DNA of 30,996 nt, taken from the NCBI RefSeq assembly GCF_006345805.1, contig NW_021832488.1:1-30996 (forward strand). Direction: 5' to 3'. The DNA comes from Octopus sinensis (taxonomy: Eukaryota). The translations under genes and the position numbers were made by a program. This document shows positions 21,115 to 30,996 of this stretch, piece by piece (within the stretch, counting starts at the first letter, position 1; the number at the start of each line of letters is the position of its first letter). A model generated the notes under the pieces. The model was not told the origin of the DNA. It was given only the letters and a program-made list of their open reading frames with translations, and ran no database searches.

Positions 21115-23060
21115 GGGCAGCCCTAGTATCTTCACCTTTTCAACGACTGTTAACATGTGGAAGGCTTTTGGTTGATATTGCTGACATTTTTTAAGTTTCT
21201 TGCCTTGATGTAGATTCATATGGAATCTTGGACAACAGAAGGTCATTGAGTATCTTTAAAACATCTCACCGCATTCCCATGTAGATGTCTTAGGGTTTAG
21301 CAATATATTAAATAGTTGTGGACCTTTGAATCCCAAGCTATTTCAGTACTGGGTCCTTACTTTAGACGGGATGAATGGGACCTTTAGGGCAATACAATGG
21401 CCTCCTTTTCGAGAACTTGTATAATTGTCGATGGCAAAATTTTGGTATCAGACCCTCTAAGATCCTCCATATGTATGTCACCACATTTCGCACCTGTCTT
21501 CCCACTTTTATTTATTGTTTTATTGATGCAATCTTCCTGGTGTAGCACCGCTGAATTGCTTCAAGTTCTTGAATTTATTTGACACACTTGGATGACCATA
21601 ACTAAGTCCACATGGCACCACAGAGCCAGTATAATTTCTGCTTCCTTGTTCTGAAAGTTCTCAGAATCCACCCGTCCATCCGCCTGCATTTTGCCACCAC
21701 CATGGGAATATGTACATGAAACGAGGATTCGCAGATTATATTAATCCCCTACTCATGCTCTGGGATTGCTGATCATTTTGATTCGAAGTATCTTTCGTTG
21801 CGGCGTGTTAGCACATGCTGGCTGATAGTGGATGGATTGGAATTTTCTTGCATTAAACTGCATGTTGTTTTCTTCATCCCATTTGTACATGGTATCTAGA
21901 TCTTTCTGTAGAAAATTCGCATCGAGGGCTCTTTGACTTCTTTTGCGACTTTTTTTATCCTAAGTATAGCTAGTCTGTGCCTTGTCTGTGTAACTGATGG
22001 CATGTTCGAGAAATTCCGCCACAAACAACAGTAACTCCAAAGCAGTTCCCTGTGCTACTCCACTTGTTCTTAGTGTCTCCTTGAAGAGGACCCCATTGGC
22101 TGCCACAGCCTAGCTTCTATCTTTTGAGAAATCATGTAACCACTCTCCCAGTTTTCCAACTAAGCCGAGTCCTCGTAGCTCATGACATATCATCCCGTGA
22201 CCAACCTTATCAAAGTCTTTGCAAAATCAAGATATATCATATCCACGTTTCAGCGATTCATAAATAATTTCTACACCCAGTCATAATGTTGCAGAGGCTG
22301 TGTAAGGCAGATTCTTCTAGAGCGGAAGTCATGCTGAGTCTTATCTTCTAAGAACGTGATCAGCTTCCTCCTTACCATTGATTTTGCAAACATGTGAGTT
22401 TAGAAACAGGCCTATAATTTTTAGCATCCGCTCTGTTTCCTCCTTTATGGATATGACATTTATGCATTTCTCTAACTTACTGGAAAGCCTACCACTTATA
22501 TGGAAGCTTTGGAAAAGAATCTAAAGTGGTCTAGCTGGAGTCCCTTTGTTGAAGGGATGCTAGGAATCCATCAGGGCCTGTGGCTGAGTTTAAGCTCATT
22601 TCATAAAGAGCTGCGATTTTACCAGTTTCCTCTATTTCAATATAATCGATAATTGCCATCCTTTCATATAGAGCTACGGTGTCGAAGAACTCATTAGGTA
22701 TAGTTATTTAGAAGAGTCCCAAAAGAGATATGAAAACACTTTTGTACTGCGCATTCAGTATTTCATTTATTGTTTGGGGGATCCGCCGTCAGTGACCCAT
22801 TTTCTGCAAAAGTGGTCCTATCTTGTGTCAGGTGTAATGTTGCAACTCAGTCAATTTTAGTTCAAGCTACGGCTTTAATGAAGTTTGTCCAGAGTCCTCT
22901 CCCTTGGTTATTTCTCCTTGATAATGACAAAAGAGCTAGAAATACGTCTGGGAATCCGACAGGGGCAGCACTAGATATAATTGGTGCTCTTACACCTTTT
23001 AAACATGAGGGGATTTTTTTTCTCCACGGTAAATGCAATGAATTTGCCGTTAGATGTTAA
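21115..23060 (-). mobile_element. Decayed CR1-like LINE, 5'-truncated ORF2 (RT) and 3' region
   Basis: Minus-strand motifs ATGPDGF, NYRPVS, VDMIYLDFAK, SGVAQGTALELLLF, LDTMYKWDEENNMQFNARKFQ match CR1-type RT; many stops and frameshifts. Confidence 0.9.
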
Positions 23061-23093
23061 AATGTTACAACATATTCTGACTGACCTAATTTG

Positions 23094-23096
<3 letters not shown>

Positions 23097-23140
<44 letters not shown>

Positions 23141-23172
23141 GTGCGTGTGTGTGAATGTGTGTTTGTGGTGTG

Positions 23173-23222
<50 letters not shown>
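23097..23222. repeat. Compound (AT)n-(GT)n microsatellite
   Basis: Direct reading. Confidence 0.9.
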
Positions 23223-23226
<4 letters not shown>

Positions 23227-23229
23227 CTT

Positions 23230-23355
23230 TTATTTGTTTCAATCATTTGACTGCGACCATGCTTAAGCACAGCCTTGAAGAGTTTTAGTCGAACAAATCG
23301 ATCCCAGGGCTTATTTTTTAAGCCTAGTTCTTATTCTATAGCTCTCTTTTGCCGA
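23230..23355 (-). mobile_element. SINE family B, 3' fragment ending at the mariner junction
   Basis: Matches 26421-26540 up to ..ttttgccga, where the mariner begins. Confidence 0.85.
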
Positions 23356-23359
23356 TATA

Positions 23360-24561
23360 ATCGGTCATCTCATAAATAATGCGGTGTTTTATACTTCTTT
23401 CATTTTTCAAAATTAAGATAAACGAAGTTCTTTTTTTAATCTAAAATATACCTCTCCTTCATTTTCTACAATGCTCTTCCATCAATCTGGTAGACTTGCA
23501 CACCTCTTCCAAAATTCACTTGTCCGTGACGAAAAATACTCCTCCAGTACTGTCCTGACCACGTCTACAGAATTCATATTTTTCCGTCCAAATGAATTTG
23601 AAGACTGCGGAATAAATGATAATCAGATGGGACAATGTCCGGTGAATATGGTGGGTGGGACATCGTTTCCTATTCAAACTGCTCCAGTTTTTTTGGAATG
23701 TCATTCTCGTTGTATATTGCCGAGCATTATCCTTATAAAAGAACACCTTTTGTCTTGAAACCAAAGATGGTCGTTTTTCTTCTAGCGAACACTTAAGCCG
23801 TTCAAGCTGTTTGTAGTAGATCTCATTTGTTATCGTTTAGCTTGGGTTTAACAGTTCAAAGTGGACTAAACCTTTCATAACCCGCCAAACAGATAACAAC
23901 ACATTACATGGGTGAAGACATTCTTTAACCAGGAGTGCCGGTATTTCTCTTTTCTCTACCCACTGTCTTCGGCGCTTAGCATTTTTATTGAGAATCCATT
24001 TCTCATCACTATTTACTATACGGTCCAAAAAAGGTCCATATGTGAGATGTGACAGTAAAAAAGAGTACATATTCATTCTCTGCACGCGATTAGACTAGGA
24101 AATTCTGTGAGGAATTTGCTGACTTTTCCGATGGTACGCAGATGTCGATTAATGGTTGAATGACCAAATCCAAGTTTGTCTGCTAGTTCCTCATCGTCTT
24201 CTAGGCTGTAGTTTCCGGCTCGGATATTTCCGGAACCACCGTTAACACTGGCTTACGCTTATGGTCCGATCCCCATATACTGCAGTAATATTCCTTTCAC
24301 ATTTTTGGTGTTGTTGCCTTTATTGAATTCATAAAGCAAAATATGCCGAATATGCTCCTTTGTCACTGCCATTATAGCTTTGGAAAAAAATAACTGTTAA
24401 AATCGAACTACACTCTCCAAAACTTCTTGCACTAAGAATAAGGGCAACGTAAAATTACTACCTGCTTTTATGGCAAGTGGATTCTAGTAGTTTGTCCCTT
24501 TCCCCCTTCGACATTTAGTTCATGGAGTTGAAAATACCACATCATTTATGGGATGACCCAA
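23360..24561 (-). mobile_element. Mariner (DD34D) element with both TIRs and TA flanks, internally deleted
   Basis: TIRs atcggtcatctcataaataatgcggt and (reverse complement) ttgggtcatcccataaatgatgtggt; TA at 23358-59 and 24562-63. Confidence 0.95.
23436..24372 (-). pseudogene. Mariner transposase pseudogene
   Basis: MAVTKEHIRHILLYEFNKGNN; IVNSDEKWIL; HPCNVLLSVW..KGLVHFELL; KDNAR; HPPYSPDIVPSDYHLFRSL; ends EGEYILD*. The segment after SLED (EPRSGRP region) and part of the WVPH motif are deleted; stops and frameshifts. Confidence 0.92.
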
Positions 24562-24565
24562 TATT

Positions 24566-24667
24566 ACACACACACACACACATGCATACATACATTACAT
24601 AAATACATCACATATAATATATATATATATATATATACATACATATATACATATATATTATATATAA

Positions 24668-24744
<77 letters not shown>
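24566..24744. repeat. (CA)n then long (AT)n tract
   Basis: Direct reading. Confidence 0.95.
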
Positions 24745-24745
<1 letters not shown>

Positions 24746-24977
24746 GTATTTCTTTACCACTCACAAGGAGCTAAACACAGAGAGGACTAACCAAGACAGA
24801 CAAACGAATTAAATTGAAATATCGACCCCAGTGCATAACTGGTACTTAATTTTTCAACCCCGAAAGGATGAAAGGCAAAGTCGACCTCGGCGGAATTTGA
24901 ACTCAGAACGTAACGGCAGACGAAATACGGCTACGCATTTCGCCCGGCGCGTTAACCTTTCTGCCAGGTCACCGCCT
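24742..24977 (-). mobile_element. SINE family A, full-length monomer
   Basis: Head ggcggtgacctggcagaaag.., B box-like gttcaaattcc, body and tail as in 28009-28246. Confidence 0.92.
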
Positions 24978-24989
24978 ATAAATATATAT

Positions 24990-25160
24990 ACATACGATGG
25001 ACTTCTTTCAGTGTTCGTCTACAAAATCCACTCACACAGCTTTGGTGGGCTCGAGGCTTTAGCAGAAGAAATCTTTTTCAAGGTGCCACACAGTGGGACT
25101 GAACCCGGAACCCTGTAGTTGGGAAGCGAGCTTCTTACCACACAGTCACCCCTGCGCTTA
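24990..25160 (-). mobile_element. SINE family B, 5' half
   Basis: Matches 26665-26830 (head, B box gggttcagtcc, CORE-like segment). Confidence 0.88.
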
Positions 25161-25429
25161 TATATAATAACAACAGATGGATGTCGTTCACTGCAGCTAT
25201 TTCAGACGTGATTGTTATACATTGTTTGCACACAGTCACGCCATCAACAACTCTACCTTGGTGCTTTCACTATTTGAATACCTGGTTCTCTAGAATCCTA
25301 AAAGTTACATGTACATCAGTTGTCCGATCAATTAAATTAACTGCTTCTAAATTTAACGGCTAAGTCTAGCATTACAGAGATATATGTATCTTTAGCATAA
25401 TTCTTTGGTAGATATTGCATGAGTGACAC

Positions 25430-25590
25430 ACCGCGAGTGACAAGGCTGTACAAGTCCCTTTTGAATTACAGATACAGCCTAACAACTGAGCATCTGTACA
25501 GTTTCCGTCTGACTAATTTCAGTTACAAGATGTCGACTGACCTGAAAGTATATAAAATATAAGAGCGGGATCGAAGCCTCGTGGTTGCTA
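25430..25590 (-). mobile_element. Diverged SINE-like fragment
   Basis: cagtttccgtct..gggatcgaagc loosely resembles the family B 5' half; too diverged to assign. Confidence 0.35.
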
Positions 25591-25771
25591 AACATACACT
25601 GAACTGTTGAGGCCTCCTATCGATGCGCGCCTATGTTCTGTTTTGTTTTCAACGGAATTCATATTCTTCCTGAAGAGAAAGATATGGTATTCAATCGGAA
25701 GTAAATTGTGGCTTCGAAACACGTGTAGAATAAAAGGATTTCTGCTCAATTTCGTTCACTCCATCAATTCA

Positions 25772-25779
25772 TTATATAT

Positions 25780-25835
<56 letters not shown>

Positions 25836-25928
25836 AATAATAATATATACATATATATCTTATATATATATAGAGAGAGAGAGAGAGAGAAGATAGATGT
25901 AGATAATAGATAGATGATAGATAGATAG

Positions 25929-25995
<67 letters not shown>

Positions 25996-26030
25996 GATAG
26001 ATAGATAGATAGATAGATATATAGATAGAT
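25772..26030. repeat. Compound (AT)n-(GA)n-(GATA)n microsatellite
   Basis: Direct reading. Confidence 0.95.
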
Positions 26031-26327
26031 GCATACACGCACACGACTGAGTCGAGAGATTACGATGCAGAAATAGAATAACTCCTTTGGTATCAACGGG
26101 ATTATATACACTACAGAAAGTGGATTGACAAGTCTGTGTATAATGCAGTATTACTCCAAGAGTGATGAGAGTTATCTCCCTTAATACAACTCGTACGAAA
26201 ACATCAAAAATGAATATAAATTAAATTAGTGAATTAGCGGATGGGAAATGGAAAATGATTTCCCTTGGTGGAGTTGTTGTCCAATAAATTCTGCATAATA
26301 CGCACACATATACATACAGACGCGCGC

Positions 26328-26385
<58 letters not shown>

Positions 26386-26413
26386 TATTATATATATATA
26401 TATTATATATATA

Positions 26414-26612
26414 TTTACTTTACTTGTTTCAGTCATTTGACTGTGGCCATGCTAGAGCACCGCCTTTAGTCGAATCAAATCGACCCCAAGAATTATTCTT
26501 TGTACGCCTAGTGCTTATTCTATCGGTTTCTTTTGCCGATCTGCTAAATTACGGGGACCTAAACGCACCAGCATTGATTGTCAAGCGATGTTGGGGGTGG
26601 GACAAACACAGA

Positions 26613-26654
<42 letters not shown>

Positions 26655-26830
26655 TAGACATATATACGATGGGCTTCTTTCAGTTTCTGTCTACCAAATC
26701 AACTCACAAGGATTTGGTTGGCCCAAGGCTATAGTAGAAGACACTTGCTCAAGGTGCCACGCAGAGGGACTGAACCCAGAACCATGTGGTTGGTAAGCAA
26801 GCTACTTACCACACAGCCACTCCTGCGCCT
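26414..26830 (-). mobile_element. tRNA-derived SINE family B, full length, internal (CA)n
   Basis: A box tggctgtgtgg (26819-26809), B box gggttcagtcc (26777-26767), CORE-like caccttgagcaagtgtctt, internal microsatellite at ~26600-26665, tail ..catggccacagtcaaatgactgaaacaagtaaa. Confidence 0.93.
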
Positions 26831-26870
26831 ATGTACTTTCTCTAAACAGATTATAAAAATCTTTTTACTA

Positions 26871-26944
26871 CCACATGGTTTCAGATTCAGTCCCACAGCT
26901 CAGCACATTGGGCAAGTGTCTTCTACTATAGCCCCGGACCAACC
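26871..26944 (+). mobile_element. SINE family B fragment (B box plus CORE-like segment)
   Basis: About 60/74 identity to the reverse complement of 26716-26789. Confidence 0.85.
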
Positions 26945-27149
26945 AATACATGTGTCAGGGATGTCTACTCTTTTGAAAGCAATCGCAACAGGTCTACAGC
27001 TGAGGATACCTTCTTTCTCCTTTCCATCAATCTCAGAAGGCCAAAAGTGGATTAAGTGTGCAGCCTTCCTTCTAACTAAATGAAATATATGTAAACGTGG
27101 CTAAACGTTTGATCATGAGAGACGCAATGTATGAAAAACTATCGTTGCT

Positions 27150-27560
27150 TGTCATGAAGACTACCTTTCCAGAATTTACCAAAAAATTGTACTTTGCTAT
27201 TTTTGACTGCATAATTCTTGTAAGTGAATCCTGTCGATATTTTTTTCGAATTTAGTTGGATTTAGTTCGAAATCGATTTAAATTCTCAATAGGAAAAGTT
27301 CTTGCTGATTATCAGATATACTGGAAGAGAAATCAATCGTAGAATCTTAGTCCTTGAAGTGCGATCCTTCCCCATATGTGACAGAAGGAGCTACACATTC
27401 TTCCTTCCATTTGTGCTACCATATCTTTGTGAGACAGGCTTTTAAATTCTATTGCAAATGAAAACTAATCAACAAAATAAATTGGAAGTTTAAAACGACT
27501 CGTTTTGTTCCCCCTTCAAGTACTCCTCTGCGTATTAACCAACTAAATTTAATCACAAGT
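27150..27560 (+). mobile_element. hAT (Buster/Charlie-type) transposase C-terminal relic
   Basis: LPFVLPYLCETGF*ILLQMKTNQQNKLEV*ND (from 27404) matches the hAT dimerisation motif LPF.TTYLCE.GFS....KTK.RNRL.VE.D. Confidence 0.75.
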
Positions 27561-28008
27561 TTCTTAATTAACGAAGAAAAATGCAATCACGTTATTCTCA
27601 TTCAATCTAATCTTGAGCAAAATAAAATGAATTACAACAACCTAGCAGTCAGTTGCATTTTTTTTTATTGAAGTGTGCTTCAGTAACTTTTGTCTGTTAA
27701 GTAATTAGTTATGAATATTAGAAATAATAAATTTATTCAAGTTTTAAACTCTTCTACTATTTTCTGAGATGCTATATTTATAAAACTCTATTTAAAAAAG
27801 TTAACTAATTTGTTAATTGCTGGTACACCGTATTTCGTTATGTAACCATAATATACTACCAAATATATTAAAGGCTTATAAGTCAGTATTGTGTCCTTTA
27901 ATATACTTGGTATTATATCATGATTACACACGAAATATGGTTTCCCTACTAGCAATTTATATGTACGTACAAGTTGCCAATTATGTATTTATTATACAAA
28001 ATTGGTAA

Positions 28009-28534
28009 AGGCTGCGAGCTGGCAGAAACGTTAGCACGCCGGGCGAAATGCTTAGCAGTATTTCGTCTGCCGTTACGTTCTGAGTTCAAATTCCGCCGAG
28101 GTCGACTTTGCCTTTCATCCTTTCGGGGTCGATTAAATAAGTACCAGTTACGCACTGGGGTCGATGTAATCGACTTAATCCGTTTGTCTGTCCTTGTTTG
28201 TCCCCTCTCTGTTTAGCCCCTTGTGGGTAGTAAGGAAATAGGTATTTCGTCTGTCTTTACGTCCTGAGTTCAAATTCCGCCGAGGTCGACTTTGCCTTTC
28301 ATCCTTTCGGGGTCGATAGATTAAGTACCAGTTGCGTACTGAGATTGATCTAATCGACTGGCTATATCCCTAAAAATTTCGAGCCTTGTGCGTAGAGGAG
28401 AAAGAATATTTAAAATTCCGCCAAGGTCGACTTTGCTTTTCATCCTTTCAGGCTCGATAAGTTAAATACCAGTTGGGTACTGGGGTCGATCTAATCGACA
28501 GGCCCCCTCCCTTGTGTCTAGAGTAGAAAAGATT
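28009..28534 (+). mobile_element. SINE family A, trimeric copy
   Basis: Full unit 28009-28246 and truncated units 28247-28410 and 28411-28534, each with the aggtcgactttgc..ggggtcgat body. Confidence 0.92.
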
Positions 28535-28582
28535 AAACAAAATTGGTATATTCAATTGCATTACACCGCTACATTTGGAGTT

Positions 28583-29008
28583 ATACAAGGAAACCGAACG
28601 GAAACAACAAGGAGGGTCGTGAGACCAAACAAGGTAACGTAGTGAACGCTGGAGAAGTATTGTCTTTGACAAGAGAAAAGACAGAAGAGATCTCTCCCTC
28701 CCTTTCTTCCCTCTCATCCTTTCTCTAATTGTTTTTCTCCTCTTCACCGTTTTCTATCTGTCTCTCTCTCCCTCTTTCTCTTTCACTCTCTCTCTCTCTC
28801 TTGTTGCTCACACGTGATCATCGTCTATCTTTCTTTTCCTCGCGTGATCATTTTTTCCTTCGGTGCTGTCGTACAGACTGCACGTATTCCTATCTATCTC
28901 CTCTTCTATCTTTTCTATTGTGAAAGACAACATTTCTCCAACGTTCACTACTTTACCTCGTCTGATCTACCGACCCTCCATGTTTGTTTTCGTTCGGTTA
29001 CCTTATAT
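28583..29008. repeat. ~107-bp inverted repeat with 211-nt CT-rich spacer
   Basis: Arms 28583-28689 and 28901-29008; about 84% identical by hand alignment (16 mismatches, 1 gap). Confidence 0.92.
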
Positions 29009-29275
29009 GTCTCCACTCTCCTGTTTTTGTTACCAACTTTGACCCTCAGCAAATCCTAAATTTTATTCTTGTTCGCGGGAGCAACTGCCTTCAATGTTTT
29101 ATATTGCCGTTCAGTGCTCGAAATAAGGAGAAGAAGGTCAGCCGATAACTGATGAAGGGTCGTTTTTTATGTTACTTGTCTTGTTTTCCATTTGTTTCTC
29201 TCGTTGTTCGCATACCCAACTTTATTTTCGTATTTCATGTTGTTAACGTTTTGTGACATCTTGTACCTATATAAA
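28690..29275 (+). mobile_element. Non-autonomous CT-rich repeat (Penelope-like, inferred)
   Basis: Same general plan as the minus strand of 13457-14100: CT tract, ctc(a)cacgtga motif, T-rich tail ending at an AT-rich run. Confidence 0.4.
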
Positions 29276-29388
29276 CATATCTATATACATGTACATGTAC
29301 ATATGTACATATATGTATGTATATATGCAAATATATATATTATTGTTTGATTGAACACCACGCATTCCATTCCAAGTAAGGTTATCCT

Positions 29389-29423
<35 letters not shown>

Positions 29424-29489
29424 ATTAGTATATATATATATATATATATATATATAACATAATATAAACACAAATACACACACACAAAA

Positions 29490-29650
29490 CCGGCTTCTTT
29501 CAGTTTCTCTCTACGAAATCCACCCACAAGGCTTTGATCAATCCGAGGCCATAGTAGCAGAGGCATAATGAAGGTGCCACGCAGTGGGACTGAACCCGGG
29601 AACATGTGGCTGAGAACCAAACTCCTTACCAGGCAGCCATGTCTGAGCCT
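29490..29650 (-). mobile_element. SINE family B, 5' half
   Basis: Matches 26670-26830; breaks off at the internal microsatellite. Confidence 0.85.
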
Positions 29651-29659
29651 ATATGTATT

Positions 29660-29964
29660 TTTTCTCGCCCTTTTCAAACCTAACCAGGCTCATGGGCCCT
29701 GTTTCCCGGTTTCTGTGGCGTATGTGTTCCCCCCAGCTGGACGGGACGCCAGTCCATCGCAATGTTACTCAAGAAACAGGAAGAGAGAGTGAGAGAAAGT
29801 TGGGGCAAAAGAGTAGAACAGGAGTCGCCACCACCCCCTGCGGGAGCCTCGTGGAGCTTTAGATGTTTTCGCTCAATAAACACACACAACGCCCGGTCTG
29901 AAATTGAAACCGTGATCCTCCGACCGCGTGTCCGCTGCCCTAACCACTAGACCATTGCGCCTCC
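29660..29964 (-). mobile_element. tRNA-derived SINE family D, full length
   Basis: Head ggaggcgcaatggtctagtggtt (A box 29954-29944), degenerate B box 29911-29900; the 3' ~105 nt closely match 4911-5013. Confidence 0.85.
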
Positions 29965-30924
29965 ACCGGCTATATGTATAATTTAAAAATTTTCTGATAT
30001 GACGTGTAAATTGCAAATGCATACAGTATTGGTTATGTGCTTGATGCCTTATATTATTGTATTACATTTTATTATGTATAAGAACAAAATGCTTTATTTA
30101 TTATTCTTACGTTTTGTTTTTCTTTTTGTGCTTCCTGGACTCTCACAATACATGTATCCCCAAGCATGTGGTACTCCAGTCAACTTTCCATGCTGCTTGC
30201 ACTTGAAGTGACCCCGTGATTCACCCTCAGATCATATCCTACTGAGATAAAAAGAACAGACACAATTGTTAATGTGATCCGATATGTATTGTCTGAATTA
30301 AAAAAAAAAAAACAACGGGAGAGTTGTGGTTCCAGTCATAACTCAGCTCGGCTATACAGTGATTAAAACTATATGCGCACATACACATATGCACATCGGA
30401 CACACACACACATACACACAAACAAACAAATAAACAAGCATGAACATATGTAACCAAAGTTAAAATATATACATTCATACTCATACTAATAGACTTACGT
30501 TTAAATATATGCTAGCATAAAGAAACATTTTCACACAGCTACACTTCTATTCTCATACATTTTCATGAAACTAAACCATAAGATACAGCAGGCACATCTA
30601 TAGGAATATATCGTTGCGAACCCTGCGAGAAATAGCAATGAATTGTCTTCAAATGAAAAGAACACATGAGATAATACATTGTTAGACACCTGTAAGAAAA
30701 CGACAAGTTCAACGCTGGAAAGTCTTTAATCGTGTTTTCTCCGTCAGGTATGGGCCGTGGTTAAACAACAGATGCAACAGTAATAAAATTTATATTACAT
30801 GTTTCATATATGCAGTACACGTACATACTAAACCACAGATAGACACCTACACACAAAGAAACACGTAAATGGATACACATAGCGCATACACCGATGCATA
30901 TGTGCGTGAGTGCAAGCATGTCCG

Positions 30925-30930
30925 TGTGTG

Positions 30931-30987
<57 letters not shown>

Positions 30988-30996
30988 GTGGTGTGT
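30925..30996. repeat. (GT)n microsatellite, runs off the window end
   Basis: Direct reading. Confidence 0.95.

Noticed and set aside
21115-21135. Possible homology between the CR1 3' end (gggctgcccca) and the SINE B tail (ggcggtgctc)
   Set aside because: Match too short and the LINE terminus is truncated; needs a full consensus.
28090-28500. Three spaced copies of a ~75-bp block suggesting a CRISPR-like array
   Set aside because: Units are SINE bodies also dispersed elsewhere; eukaryotic context and no cas genes.

Overview
AT-rich, microsatellite-dense, repeat-dominated animal genomic DNA. The SINE families look like those of octopus/coleoid cephalopods; this is inference from family resemblance, not a search. 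No host protein-coding gene could be identified with confidence, and almost all ORFs in the supplied track come from microsatellites or run antisense to transposon relics. Decayed autonomous-type elements: two RTE-like LINE fragments, a Tc1 relic, a DUF4817-type Tc1/mariner 5' half, two hAT relics, two mariners (one with both TIRs), a ~2 kb CR1-like LINE, and two Penelope-like element (PLE) relics (RT+GIY-YIG, and GIY-YIG only). There are also many copies of four tRNA-derived SINE families. The most interesting signal is a set of minimal hammerhead-ribozyme motifs on the minus strand of pyrimidine-rich non-autonomous repeats. One has an intact catalytic core (7500-7534). Two variant cores (14255-14299, 14562-14599) sit about 306 nt apart around a 58-bp hairpin, a retrozyme-like layout. 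Other points: recurrent SINE dimers/trimers joined at one microhomology, several long inverted repeats, and a nested insertion series. All alignments and translations were done by eye; coordinates are approximate unless a motif is quoted.
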